64,000 nt of DNA from a virus (IMGVR_UViG_3300011405_000002:1451-65450), one strand, 5' to 3'; counted from the first letter of the stretch, positions 9,969 through 19,037 are shown. The notes: generated by a model from the letters alone, not told the origin. A program made the numbers and translations.

Positions 9969-9970
9969 AC

Positions 9971-10870
9971 TTATTCGTCGTCTGCCCCAGGCTCACGCTG
10001 TGCCGGTGCAGTAGCCTTCTTTTTGTCGCGTTCCGCCTGCTTCCGTTCGGCAATCTTTTTTGCTTCCGCGAGTTGCAGGATGACCTTCGTATCTTTGTGA
10101 CTGGCCCAATTCTTGCAGCCAAAGAATCCTTCCTTGCCATCTTTCCCGGGGCGCCACACGAGAGCAATCTTACAAACGTCGCACTCGGGGATATCCTGCG
10201 CGTCGATACCATGGGCCGACGTGGATCCGCTGCCGGTCTGGCGTTCGTTGCCTGAGCCGAAGCCGCGGCCCTTGTTGCACTCGTTCCAAGTGCGGCCGGT
10301 GCCCTTCCAGGCATTTTCCAGTTCGGCCAGAGGGACAGACTTCAGTCCGGTCAGTTCGCGCGTGATACCGCCATCAAGGTTGGCGCGCGCTGCCTTCTGG
10401 ACAGCCACGACACGCTGTAGCCCGGCTGGCTTCTGCTGCGCATAAGGCTCAGTGCTGTACCTGACGCCTTCCATCTCGAAGACGGCTTCTCCGGTCATAC
10501 CGCAGACGCCATCTCCGGTGATGCGGAAAGCGAACTCGTCGGAATCTTCGGTGCGGATTTCCTCCATGCGGCCAAGGTTGTTCACCTGAATTCCCCAAAG
10601 CTTCTTCACGCGGTCGCATCCCTGGTCGCCAAGAAATCCAGTAACAACGCCTTCAGGACTCTTGAAGAGAGTCCAATCGTTTGGCATCGTGAGTTTGATC
10701 GATGCGACCCTCAGGGTCTCGAGTATCTGTGTGCGCTGCTCGACGATCTGAACGCCTCGGCCGACTTCGAGCGCTGCAAGTTCGTTGACATCGGTGGGAA
10801 CGTGAGGCTTCGCAAGCGACGTTTCTTCCCGTGGGATCACGGTCGGCTCGTTTGTCTTCTCGGTCTCCAT
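9971..10870 (-). CDS. Probable single-strand annealing protein with C-terminal topoisomerase-type Zn ribbon
   Basis: Adjacent to the exonuclease; C-terminal CDVC...GFFGCKNW; N-terminal assignment is contextual only. Confidence 0.5.
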   Translation of the reverse strand: METEKTNEPTVIPREETSLAKPHVPTDVNELAALEVGRGVQIVEQRTQILETLRVASIKLTMPNDWTLFKSPEGVVTGFLGDQGCDRVKKLWGIQVNNLGRMEEIRTEDSDEFAFRITGDGVCGMTGEAVFEMEGVRYSTEPYAQQKPAGLQRVVAVQKAARANLDGGITRELTGLKSVPLAELENAWKGTGRTWNECNKGRGFGSGNERQTGSGSTSAHGIDAQDIPECDVCKIALVWRPGKDGKEGFFGCKNWASHKDTKVILQLAEAKKIAERKQAERDKKKATAPAQREPGADDE

Positions 10871-11364
10871 CAGTAGCTCCTCTCGGCAGCCATCACGGAG
10901 TTGCCCCCGCCTGCGAACGTTTGAATGTCGACGAAATGGCGGTGCTGCTCGAGCCTGAGCGCCTCTTCGAGTTTCTCGATGCGGTTGTGCAGGGATTTCT
11001 CCCGCTGATCGGATCGGCGTTCGTTGCTCATGAACTCCCGGTGGACGGCATCACTCAGTTCGGCTTGGATGCGGTCGACGACGACGCTACGTCCGCCCTT
11101 GGTGCGAAATTCGATGCCTTTCAGGATGCGATCGGCAGGTGATTCGGCCATCACGGGCGCGTCATTCAGAGACTCCTGCATGCCGTTGATGGCACCTGCG
11201 TGGTATCCCACAATTTCTCCGTTGTGGAATTTGTAGCCGGGGCGATAGTCCTTCAGCCCTTTGGCAGTGGACTCCAGCGCAACTTTGCTGGTATCCAGTA
11301 CCGTTTTGGCATCTTTCTTCTTCCCAGTTCTCGTGAATTTAAGTTTCAATGGAACTCCTTTCAA
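10870..11364 (-). CDS. Hypothetical protein
   Basis: 164-aa ORF, stop/start overlap. Confidence 0.6.
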   Translation of the reverse strand: MKGVPLKLKFTRTGKKKDAKTVLDTSKVALESTAKGLKDYRPGYKFHNGEIVGYHAGAINGMQESLNDAPVMAESPADRILKGIEFRTKGGRSVVVDRIQAELSDAVHREFMSNERRSDQREKSLHNRIEKLEEALRLEQHRHFVDIQTFAGGGNSVMAAERSY

Positions 11365-11706
11365 TTAGTTCGGGACGGGTGGTTCGTGAGTCTTGCAAAC
11401 GTGGTCTTTGTGGCATTCGCACGCCAAATAAGTCTGAAGCTTGGCGAACGCGATGACTAACTGCTGGTGCATCGCGAGCATGCAGTCGGGGCCTGACACT
11501 TGCCCAAGTTTGTCGCTATCGATGCCCACTGGAATTGTGAACTCACATCCATCGCTGCGTAGTCCTACGACGTCGATGAAAATGTCGGGCGCTTCAATTG
11601 GTGCCGATCCAACAAGGACAAGCTTCGGCTTCTCGATAGTGCGGATCTTTGGATGAAGACCAACACCTCTCCAGTACCGCTCCGGCTGCTTCAGGAAGGG
11701 GTTCAT
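11365..11706 (-). CDS. Hypothetical protein
   Basis: Tightly packed in the leftward operon. Confidence 0.55.
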   Translation of the reverse strand: MNPFLKQPERYWRGVGLHPKIRTIEKPKLVLVGSAPIEAPDIFIDVVGLRSDGCEFTIPVGIDSDKLGQVSGPDCMLAMHQQLVIAFAKLQTYLACECHKDHVCKTHEPPVPN

Positions 11707-12065
11707 ATGTCTCGCATCCTCCTGAATTCTTCTATCGGTGAGCCGCCCTGGATTGCGCTGCGCACGCTTCTCAGGTCGGTATCAATGACGCCTTCACGGG
11801 CAAGATTACAAATCTCAGCGCAGCGGTTGCGTTCCAGCAAGACGGCGGCTTCGACGGTTTCTTTGAGTCCATCGGCACTGGCTGGCGACGTCACCACAGA
11901 TTGAAGCCAGCCGAACGCATCGGAGTAAGCGTCTGTCTTTGCACTCGCCTCTCGAATCTCCTCCGAACTGCCGCCGTTTCGCTCGATGGCGTCGGCCCTC
12001 TCGGACGCCTGCGTAACCGCCACAGAAAGTCGCTGTCGGTATTCTTCAATCGTTGTCGTCCTCAC
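11703..12065 (-). CDS. Hypothetical protein
   Basis: ATGA overlap; LERNRCAEIC motif typical of phage small proteins. Confidence 0.55.
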   Translation of the reverse strand: MRTTTIEEYRQRLSVAVTQASERADAIERNGGSSEEIREASAKTDAYSDAFGWLQSVVTSPASADGLKETVEAAVLLERNRCAEICNLAREGVIDTDLRSVRSAIQGGSPIEEFRRMRDI

Positions 12066-12475
12066 TTCGCCTCCCTGATAATCTTCGCCTCTTCTTCGGT
12101 GAAGTCGGAAATGACTCCATCGGTAGCGATGATCGATTGGTACGCCTTGTCAACGTCGGCGATTGCTCGCTGCAGGTCGTCGTCGTAGTATTCCTGCTTT
12201 CGAAGTCCGTTTAGCATGAGCCTCGCCAGTCTGAGCGCAACGACGCACTCTCCTGCCAGAAACTTCGCCATCCGGATCTCGCGGGGAGTGAGGGTCGAGT
12301 GTTCCTCCAGCGCCTTCTTCGCCCTCGCGCCAAAGCCTTCCTCGATGCCAAGCTTCTCGAGTTCCTGATTCAGTTCTTCAACATCTTCAGGTTGAACGAA
12401 GCGCATGAGCAGAAAGAGAACCTTCAAAAGCTCTTCCACCGATTCGACAAGAGGGTCGGTCATTTTGAACTCCAC
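12062..12475 (-). CDS. Hypothetical protein
   Basis: GTGA overlap; helical composition. Confidence 0.55.
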   Translation of the reverse strand: MEFKMTDPLVESVEELLKVLFLLMRFVQPEDVEELNQELEKLGIEEGFGARAKKALEEHSTLTPREIRMAKFLAGECVVALRLARLMLNGLRKQEYYDDDLQRAIADVDKAYQSIIATDGVISDFTEEEAKIIREAK

Positions 12476-12708
12476 TGATAAGAGAAATCTTCCGTTACGA
12501 TCAAAACTTTTAGGTCGTCGGAAACTACTGTCAACTTAGGGTCTAGGCCAGCAGCAGCCGCATAGTTTCTGATTGCTTGCTGAATATCACGCATGGCATC
12601 GGCGCGCAGCGTCTCCGCTTCTTTCGCTTCTTGCTCCTTATGTCCGTAGAAAACAGCAAGACGCTGGAGCCGGTCGGTTTGTTCTGGCGATAGATAAGCG
12701 ACCTTCAT
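12460..12708 (-). CDS. Hypothetical protein
   Basis: ATGA overlap; coiled coil plus short beta tail. Confidence 0.55.
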   Translation of the reverse strand: MKVAYLSPEQTDRLQRLAVFYGHKEQEAKEAETLRADAMRDIQQAIRNYAAAAGLDPKLTVVSDDLKVLIVTEDFSYQWSSK

Positions 12709-13004
12709 TTGGAATTCTCCATGGGAATATCAAGACCACTGTTAGGCCCAAGCACGTAGCAAAGCCCAGAAGTGGCATTGCACGCATCGCTGATTTCAAT
12801 GATGGCAACTCCAATTACACGATCACTTCCGTTAAGAACGCGGAGACGGTCTTCCCTTAGATCATCAAAGAAGTCGGTGGCGCGCTCAGCCTTTACGCGC
12901 TCCGAAAACCGCAGCGCCTCGATTGACCCCACGAGTAGTCCGCAGAAAATCCCGCACACCATGAACGCCACGCACAGGAATGCGACTTTCGAAGCCTTGA
13001 TCAT
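12705..13004 (-). CDS. Small membrane protein
   Basis: N-terminal TM (VAFLCVAFMVCGIFCGLLVG); ATG at 13004 with GGAGG-type RBS. Confidence 0.5.
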   Translation of the reverse strand: MIKASKVAFLCVAFMVCGIFCGLLVGSIEALRFSERVKAERATDFFDDLREDRLRVLNGSDRVIGVAIIEISDACNATSGLCYVLGPNSGLDIPMENSK

Positions 13005-13101
13005 TTGGAGCCTCCGCAGATAGAACGGAGTACGTGCGCAGTGAACGCAAGCCACATCGCTGTAGCCAGAAAATGCTGCAGGACTGGCCCGATTTCGATA
13101 G

Positions 13102-14145
13102 TCACGCTCTCCTCCTAAACAGCCCGCTCTTTTGCAGGTCGACGATGGCCTGGTTGCAGGCAGCGGTGTAAGCGCAAAAAGGATCCGACTGGCGCGATTG
13201 CGGAAAGTACCCGTCGATCATGGCAGTCTTTAGGTCTGGGGATGTGCATTCGGCGATCTTTGCCGCCCGTCTCGCGATCTGCCGCTCCTGCTCATTAACC
13301 TGAGTGCGCCACGCGATCAGTTCCGACATGGATATCATCTGCGTGAGGGTCATCGAGTTCTTGGTGTACCGATACTGCGACATCTTCGGGTTTGTCGGGT
13401 CGCAGGGAGCCCAGTCCAGTCCGAAGTGCTCGGCCAGCGATTTATCCGACAGCCCATCAACCCACGCTTTCACCCCACCCTTGTACTGCCAGACCGGCCG
13501 CGGTCTCTTCCGAATCCCCTTCTCAGGCTTGAAGTAGATCAGCGAGGAATTCTGGATCCCGTCTCGCCTCTCGCCTCGGCGCACGTACCGCACTTCCACG
13601 AGGTCCAGGTTGAACGCGAGAACGGCCGGCACAATCGAATGCCTGAGAATCCAGAGGTTCGGCTGCATGTTTGCCCCTACGGTGTGCCAGAACAGCCCGC
13701 AGCGGCCTCCCTGGTACTCGACCAGCACGTCAGGCCCGGCTTCGATCTCAATGCCCTCAGTGAGCCTGTAGGCCACTTTCTCAGGCATCGTGACGGCGAC
13801 CGCATGCGCAAAGTCTGGAGCCACTCTCCTGCCAGCAGCCCTGACAATGGCCTCGACCAGCGCCCCGACTTCTTCCTGCACGTACTTGGCGTCATCGGTC
13901 GGCAGCAACGCCAGCCCGGCAAACTCCTCGATCATGATCCGGTAAGCTGACAGCGCGTCGTCAACATGGCCATCCAACGGAAGCTTCGAGTTCGTGATCA
14001 GTCGAGACAGCGCAGGCTTTACGATCCGGTCTATCGCTTCCTTGATCGTCAGGCGGGAGGGTTCGCTGCCGCCTTGGTCGATGTAGGCCAAAAACCTTTG
14101 TCTCGCACAATTCTGAAATGACTGCACGGCCAGAGGGGAAATCAT
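13102..14145 (-). CDS. Divergent, probably inactive PD-(D/E)XK (Cas4-like) protein
   Basis: ISPLAVQSFQNCARQ N-terminus, EAGPDVLV, and C-terminal FPQ...FCAYTAAC; no D/E-x-K motif visible. Confidence 0.55.
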   Translation of the reverse strand: MISPLAVQSFQNCARQRFLAYIDQGGSEPSRLTIKEAIDRIVKPALSRLITNSKLPLDGHVDDALSAYRIMIEEFAGLALLPTDDAKYVQEEVGALVEAIVRAAGRRVAPDFAHAVAVTMPEKVAYRLTEGIEIEAGPDVLVEYQGGRCGLFWHTVGANMQPNLWILRHSIVPAVLAFNLDLVEVRYVRRGERRDGIQNSSLIYFKPEKGIRKRPRPVWQYKGGVKAWVDGLSDKSLAEHFGLDWAPCDPTNPKMSQYRYTKNSMTLTQMISMSELIAWRTQVNEQERQIARRAAKIAECTSPDLKTAMIDGYFPQSRQSDPFCAYTAACNQAIVDLQKSGLFRRRA

Positions 14146-14345
14146 TTCTCGGCAAGCCCTCGTTCCCATCTGTTCAGGTATGCCGGAAGACTAGCAGCAG
14201 CCTCCAGTTGAGCGATCCGTGCGCGAATCATTCCGCCTTTACGCTTGCAGTCCAGTTCGTGCCACTCCGCTACCGCAGGATCTTGAAACTCCTGGTTGCA
14301 ATAAAAGCAGTGGGTTGGCGTGAAGACGATCCGCTTAGATTTCAT
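14142..14345 (-). CDS. Small C2H2/C3H-like Zn-finger protein
   Basis: HCFYC...WHELDC. Confidence 0.5.
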   Translation of the reverse strand: MKSKRIVFTPTHCFYCNQEFQDPAVAEWHELDCKRKGGMIRARIAQLEAAASLPAYLNRWERGLAEK

Positions 14346-14592
14346 TCTCGTAGCCTTCAACTTCCAGAAGAATCTGGAGCGCTGTATGGACGGCAGCCTT
14401 AACAGAATACGAACAAACGTTGCCGCCTTCGTCTGCGTGTTGCGGCGCTGCAACCAGAGTCGCGGCAGCCTGAAGCAGCGCGTGGCGTCGGCGCTCCTTT
14501 GCGTCAGGCATGGAAGACTGAAAAACACCCTCAACGGCGATGGCAATATTCTGTCCAATTATCTGCCCTACCCAATTCCAATCTTCAGCCAT
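14335..14592 (-). CDS. Hypothetical protein
   Basis: 85-aa ORF in the operon. Confidence 0.5.
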   Translation of the reverse strand: MAEDWNWVGQIIGQNIAIAVEGVFQSSMPDAKERRRHALLQAAATLVAAPQHADEGGNVCSYSVKAAVHTALQILLEVEGYENEI

Positions 14593-14707
14593 TCGATCGC
14601 CTCTTTCGATTCCAGTAACGCGATTTACATTTAGGGCAGACGTCCGGAAGTTTCGGCGTTCTCTGGTACCACCTGTGCGGACATCGCTTACATTTGAGTT
14701 GCTTCAT
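14585..14707 (-). CDS. Tiny Zn-ribbon protein (40 aa, not in ORF track)
   Basis: MKQLKCKRCPHRWYQRTPKLPDVCPKCKSRYWN. Confidence 0.65.
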   Translation of the reverse strand: MKQLKCKRCPHRWYQRTPKLPDVCPKCKSRYWNRKRRSNG

Positions 14708-14724
14708 CGACGGCGGACTTTCTC

Positions 14725-14740
14725 ATAGGTATATACCTAT
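14725..14740. promoter_or_regulatory. Perfect 16-bp palindrome (operator-like)
   Basis: ATAGGTATATACCTAT, 18 bp upstream of the 14707 start. Confidence 0.5.
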
Positions 14741-14749
14741 AAGCAAGAA

Positions 14750-15028
14750 CTATTTTTCTTCGGCTGTAACCATCGGAATCCGCTGGCGTTCCTTCTTGCG
14801 GACGATGACTTGGAAGTCTGGATCTTCACTGCCTTCGAATCCAAGTGGTCGCATTTCGATGCTTGCGAGTTTCAGCCAGCACTTCGGATGGAAGATCAAC
14901 TCCAAGTGGTTTGTCAGTCCGGTGGCTTCCAACTCGTACACGACAATCTGGAACTGATCCTGCGATTGAATCATCGGAGTGTTGCAGAGTTTGCAGCGCA
15001 TCCTACCTCGGCACCTCAACCCTGACAA
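14750..15028 (-). CDS. Small Zn-binding hypothetical protein
   Basis: CKLC...FHPKCW. Confidence 0.5.
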   Translation of the reverse strand: MSGLRCRGRMRCKLCNTPMIQSQDQFQIVVYELEATGLTNHLELIFHPKCWLKLASIEMRPLGFEGSEDPDFQVIVRKKERQRIPMVTAEEK

Positions 15029-15308
15029 TGCGCGCGGAAATCTCGCGGCCGTCCTTCATGCCGGTAAACGATCTGTTCTCCAGGTCTCCGGATGCGTGCC
15101 AGTCCGCGGCGCCGGCCATTGCGGTCAACGCCTCTCGGTGGGAATTGTGCGAGGTAGTCACTCCGTCGAGGATTAGAAGTTCGAATCCCTGCAGGTAAGA
15201 GCACAGCGCCTGGGTGATTACTTTCTCGATCGATCGGCCTTCAGCCTTGGAGCATGCGCGCACGCCTTGCAGCAAGTCATCGTCGATATTGAAAGAGAAG
15301 CGTTTCAT
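15003..15308 (-). CDS. Ribbon-helix-helix (CopG-like) domain protein
   Basis: MKRFSFNIDDDLLQGVRACSKAEGRSIEKVITQAL. Confidence 0.6.
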   Translation of the reverse strand: MKRFSFNIDDDLLQGVRACSKAEGRSIEKVITQALCSYLQGFELLILDGVTTSHNSHREALTAMAGAADWHASGDLENRSFTGMKDGREISARIVRVEVPR

Positions 15309-15326
15309 TTCAGCCCCTACTGCCTG

Positions 15327-15593
15327 TTACCTTATGGTAAAAGTGCGGGAAGGCAATTCTATGATTCCGCCATCGTCACTAAGCTCTCCCATAGCCTCCT
15401 GAATGCATAGTGTCGATGGTGCCCAGCAGACATACGGCGTATCAAGCCTGCCAGACACTTTAACCCACAGCAAAGCGTGGCCCTGAATGGCTAATTCTTC
15501 TACGGACAGCGGCGATTGTGGCCGTGCCGCAGTGATCCCTACGAGCAGCAGCGTTGCGATAAGTAGCGCGCAGCATAGTAATAGTCGTTTCAT
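15327..15593 (-). CDS. Small secreted protein
   Basis: MKRLLLCCALLIATLLLVGITAA signal-like N-terminus; ATGA overlap. Confidence 0.5.
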   Translation of the reverse strand: MKRLLLCCALLIATLLLVGITAARPQSPLSVEELAIQGHALLWVKVSGRLDTPYVCWAPSTLCIQEAMGELSDDGGIIELPSRTFTIR

Positions 15594-15751
15594 TCGCCCT
15601 TTCCTTCCTTCCACTCCGTAGGCCACTCCATGCCCGTCTTCGGATGCTTCACGGTGGCGCCGTCGACTTCCAATTCCAGGAACGGAATGTCCAGAACCTG
15701 CGAGGCGATGCACAACAGGTCGTACTCTTCATGGGTCAATGTTGATGTCAT
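15590..15751 (-). CDS. Small hypothetical protein
   Basis: MTSTLTHEEY...; RBS GGAGG. Confidence 0.45.
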   Translation of the reverse strand: MTSTLTHEEYDLLCIASQVLDIPFLELEVDGATVKHPKTGMEWPTEWKEGKGE

Positions 15752-15869
15752 TACTTCCCCTCCTTCAACCCGTAAATCCCGCAAACGATGATCGTGAACG
15801 CTACGCAGATCGGAATGATGGCTCCGGTCAGCATGGCGAGAAGATAGAACGTGTGGATGATTGCGTGTG

Positions 15870-16178
15870 TCATTTCGCTCCCCTCGCTTCTTCCAGCTCC
15901 GCAGTCAGCTTGGCTACTTGCTCGAAGTCTCTATCGCAGTCTACGTTGCCGCGTATCACGTTGCTGCTGATGTTGGTTTCTTCAACTTCGCAGCGCTTGT
16001 AGCAAATGAAACGCATATTAACTTCGCCGCGATCTAATGCCTCTCGCAGCCGCTTCAATTCCGCAACCCGCTCACCGATGTCGGTCATTTCAGTCTTCCT
16101 GTCATCGTCTCTCACTTCAAGCGGTGTCGCCTTGTGGCGCAGTTCGATTATCTGGCGGTGTGATTTGTCGTCACTCAT
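15870..16178 (-). CDS. Hypothetical protein
   Basis: Operon packing. Confidence 0.5.
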   Translation of the reverse strand: MSDDKSHRQIIELRHKATPLEVRDDDRKTEMTDIGERVAELKRLREALDRGEVNMRFICYKRCEVEETNISSNVIRGNVDCDRDFEQVAKLTAELEEARGAK

Positions 16179-16641
16179 CCTTCAACCCCCTCGTTCTCAA
16201 CTGTCCTCGCAGGCTGCTGACTTCCGTGTCGGTGCCTTTGATGTGCGGCGGTTCGTCCGTGAGGCCTCGTGAAGCGCGGAAGGCTTCTGCGATTGCCTCC
16301 ATTAGCGTGCGCCCCACTTTCGCAAAACCATCAACAATCGGGCCATCCCGCGAATCGCAGGCTACTTCAAAATGGCCCGCCGTAAAGTCGATAGACACGA
16401 TCCAACGTCCCGCGCCAAGCATCGCCTCCAGCAACCCCATCGACGCCTCGGCGGAGGCGTAGAAGTTAGGCACGTCGCCCCACGCCTCTTTCATCGTCGG
16501 ATAAATCCAGCGGTTTTCATGTCGCCTGCCTTGCGGGTCAAGGACAGCGTATCGCGGCTTTTTCGTATGCTCGACCTTGACTAATTCAAGATGCCACCCC
16601 AACGCCTCCGCAATCTGCCTGCATTTCTGCTCAGTTTCCAT
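16171..16641 (-). CDS. Hypothetical protein (possibly related to 17513-17851)
   Basis: IAEALGW...PNFYAS...S..LL..M...W...A..L.AI.EA pattern. Confidence 0.5.
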   Translation of the reverse strand: METEQKCRQIAEALGWHLELVKVEHTKKPRYAVLDPQGRRHENRWIYPTMKEAWGDVPNFYASAEASMGLLEAMLGAGRWIVSIDFTAGHFEVACDSRDGPIVDGFAKVGRTLMEAIAEAFRASRGLTDEPPHIKGTDTEVSSLRGQLRTRGLKDE

Positions 16642-16649
16642 AACTCCTC

Positions 16650-16901
16650 TCAAGATTCCTCGGCGTAGAGAGAGCCGCAAAAACGGCATTTTGGTGTTCC
16701 GAAAGTTCTCGCAAGGGGATCTCCTACCCTACAAATCTGATCATCGGACAGCCCAGCCGCATGTGCTTTTCGTCGCATCTCTTCGGTCATCACAGCAGGT
16801 TCGTGCGGCTGAGCCTCACTTATGAAAGCAACCGTACTGATCGTTGTTGTACCAATTGAATTCAGCCGTTTGATCGTTCTCACCGCACACACGTTTGCCA
16901 T
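16650..16901 (-). CDS. Small Zn-finger protein
   Basis: ICRVG...KCRFCG. Confidence 0.4.
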   Translation of the reverse strand: MANVCAVRTIKRLNSIGTTTISTVAFISEAQPHEPAVMTEEMRRKAHAAGLSDDQICRVGDPLARTFGTPKCRFCGSLYAEES

Positions 16902-16918
16902 TCAACCCCCATCCGCCC

Positions 16919-17116
16919 TCATGGGCGCTTCTTTGTTGCAAGCGTGAACCTGCCGCTTGCCACTCGCTTTGTACTTGCCCGCAGAATCCGGTACAACGTC
17001 ATGCGGGTTATCTTCAACACTCTCGCTGCTTCTGACTTGTTGCCGTTGACTCCCGCAAGTACGACTTCTGCGTGTCGCTGGCACATCTCTTCGAGAGAGT
17101 AGAATTCAGACTTCAT
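16919..17116 (-). CDS. Stand-alone Fis-family helix-turn-helix (HTH_8-like)
   Basis: SLEE...H...VL...NGNKSEAARVLKITRMTLYRIL. Confidence 0.75.
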   Translation of the reverse strand: MKSEFYSLEEMCQRHAEVVLAGVNGNKSEAARVLKITRMTLYRILRASTKRVASGRFTLATKKRP

Positions 17117-17117
17117 G

Positions 17118-17507
17118 TCACTCTCCTGCGGGCGGGGTGGACTTCAGGGCGGAGAGTTCGCATGCACGTCGCAAGGCTTCGGCGGCTTCGGGCTGGGTGG
17201 ATTTGTACGCCGATGCATTGCCGAGAAACGCCCACGGTGAATCCGCGTCGTGAGACGCGAGGTATTGTCCGTACTTGTCCTTTTCCTTATCATCGTCGGA
17301 CTGAAGAAGGTCAGGGTATAACAGCGCCAGCCCGATAGGTTCAGTCAATCCAAGCCATTCCCATTCTTCCGTCGGGTTCCCGACCCCCATACGTATCGAC
17401 GCTTCGCCACCGATGCAATGGGCTGTCCCGCACCAATGGCGCATGTCAAAAGCCTCAAGCCTGCTGTTCTTCAAATCCTCGTAAAGTTTCGTCGCGTTTT
17501 CGTTCAT
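17118..17507 (-). CDS. Hypothetical protein
   Basis: FDMRHWCGTAHCIGG motif typical of a phage hypothetical family. Confidence 0.55.
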   Translation of the reverse strand: MNENATKLYEDLKNSRLEAFDMRHWCGTAHCIGGEASIRMGVGNPTEEWEWLGLTEPIGLALLYPDLLQSDDDKEKDKYGQYLASHDADSPWAFLGNASAYKSTQPEAAEALRRACELSALKSTPPAGE

Positions 17508-17512
17508 CACCC

Positions 17513-17851
17513 TTACCCTCCGCCTATCTTGAGCGCACAGAGACATTGAGCCTCGCCTTCCGTGTCGCCATCCGCTGAGAATGTTTCCATGTTCTGCAAT
17601 CGCGCAATCGAGAACGAGAAGTGCCCGTCTTCCCACTGCTGCAATCGCCACTCGAAGCCAAGTTCTCGGATCTTCTCCCTGAGCATCGCGGAGTCTCGCG
17701 GGGAGGTGGTGAAAAATGGAGCGGCTTCCGGCATTCCACCGCAGTCGTAGAGCTGCTGATGGCTGCCGTGTCGGTCGTAGCGAAATCCTGGCACTTTCTT
17801 TGCCTGAAATACCCTCTCGAATATTTGCTCGTCCATCTCTCGCTTCTCCAC
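17513..17851 (-). CDS. Hypothetical protein
   Basis: PFFTTSPRDS...A.TE..A.C..ALK pattern. Confidence 0.55.
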   Translation of the reverse strand: MEKREMDEQIFERVFQAKKVPGFRYDRHGSHQQLYDCGGMPEAAPFFTTSPRDSAMLREKIRELGFEWRLQQWEDGHFSFSIARLQNMETFSADGDTEGEAQCLCALKIGGG

Positions 17852-17868
17852 GCTACCTCCTCGTGCTG

Positions 17869-18405
17869 CTACTTAACTGGTCTCTTGACCTGGATTCCGC
17901 CTTCGGTGATTCTCTCGATATTGGCATCGTGGAATTCTATGGCACTGCCCTCGGTGTCTGTTGCCAGCATCGTAAAGCTGATGCTCCACGGGAGAGGTGT
18001 CGGAATCGTGATCACGGCAGAATCTTTCGTTATCTGTATAGACGGCTTAGTCGCACCCAACTCCATATTCGGAGTAGCAGAAACCAGTGGCTCTGACTTG
18101 TATTTGACAGGGAAAATCCACTCCGCACTCGTGTCACCAGCAAACAGAACCTTGAATCCAGCGACTGAGCCGTATCCGTGTTCCGGCGGTCGCCTGTTAG
18201 CCAGAAGTTGCTCTTTAAACTCCCACGCTTTTGCGGATTCCTTGTAGGCTAATTCTGCATAGCCGTTGTTTCGTTCCGTCAAGATATCGGAAATCGCGGA
18301 GAATTCCGCCTTGCGACCTAACTTGTAGGCGGCAAGGACGACCGCGCAGGAAATTAAAAGTAATCCGGCGATAGCCAATATTGTTTTCACGTCCACATCC
18401 CCCAT
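17869..18405 (-). CDS. Membrane-anchored hypothetical protein
   Basis: N-terminal TM, coiled coil, beta-rich C-terminus. Confidence 0.55.
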   Translation of the reverse strand: MGDVDVKTILAIAGLLLISCAVVLAAYKLGRKAEFSAISDILTERNNGYAELAYKESAKAWEFKEQLLANRRPPEHGYGSVAGFKVLFAGDTSAEWIFPVKYKSEPLVSATPNMELGATKPSIQITKDSAVITIPTPLPWSISFTMLATDTEGSAIEFHDANIERITEGGIQVKRPVK

Positions 18406-18693
18406 CCTTTCGTCACTTCTCAGTGCGCTCTATCGGAGCCGAATCTTTCGCGATCTCAATCCCGATCTTTTCGGCGAGCGCCTGGTAGTCGAATACGTTC
18501 TTCTCGCATCCGCTTGCTGCCAGGGCGACAGGGATACGCTTCTTGCAGAGTTCGCACTGCATGCTTTCAGTCAGTAAATGCGGTCCAAACATTCGATCTC
18601 CTTTGGCCGGGCGCCTATGTCAGACGCCCGGGTTTACGTGGTACGAGAAATCAAATCGGTTCCGTTCGTTGAACGTGATCCCGCAGACGCAAG

Positions 18694-18915
18694 TCACTTC
18701 TGAATCTCCGTCAACGGCTCTCGAGGGTGCAGGGCGATGCAGCGGGCTTTATGAATCCTCTCAGCCTCGTTGTGGTCTTGGTCGGAATACAGCAAGAATG
18801 TTGCCCCACACCCCTCGCAGACGAGTTGTTCCCGTTTCTTGTCCAGCCTGTTGTGCGTCCATCCGTTCAGGCAGCGCGAGGAGGATTGCATTATTTCGCC
18901 GTCAGCCGCTTGCAC
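18694..18915 (-). CDS. Small Zn-finger protein
   Basis: RCLNG...VCEGCG...HKARC. Confidence 0.45.
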   Translation of the reverse strand: MQAADGEIMQSSSRCLNGWTHNRLDKKREQLVCEGCGATFLLYSDQDHNEAERIHKARCIALHPREPLTEIQK

Positions 18916-19037
18916 TTACAGTTTGCGCGGCGGCAGGCGTTTGGAAGCACGATTACGCCTTTTGAAGTTTGGTACTTCAGCGTTTTGTCGTGTGATTCTC
19001 CTGAGTGTGTGCACTTGCAGAACGTTTTCGTTTTCAT
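18891..19037 (-). CDS. Tiny Cys/His-rich protein (48 aa, not in ORF track)
   Basis: MKTKTFCKCTHSGESH...CRRANCKCKR; RBS AAAGGGG. Confidence 0.55.
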   Translation of the reverse strand: MKTKTFCKCTHSGESHDKTLKYQTSKGVIVLPNACRRANCKCKRLTAK

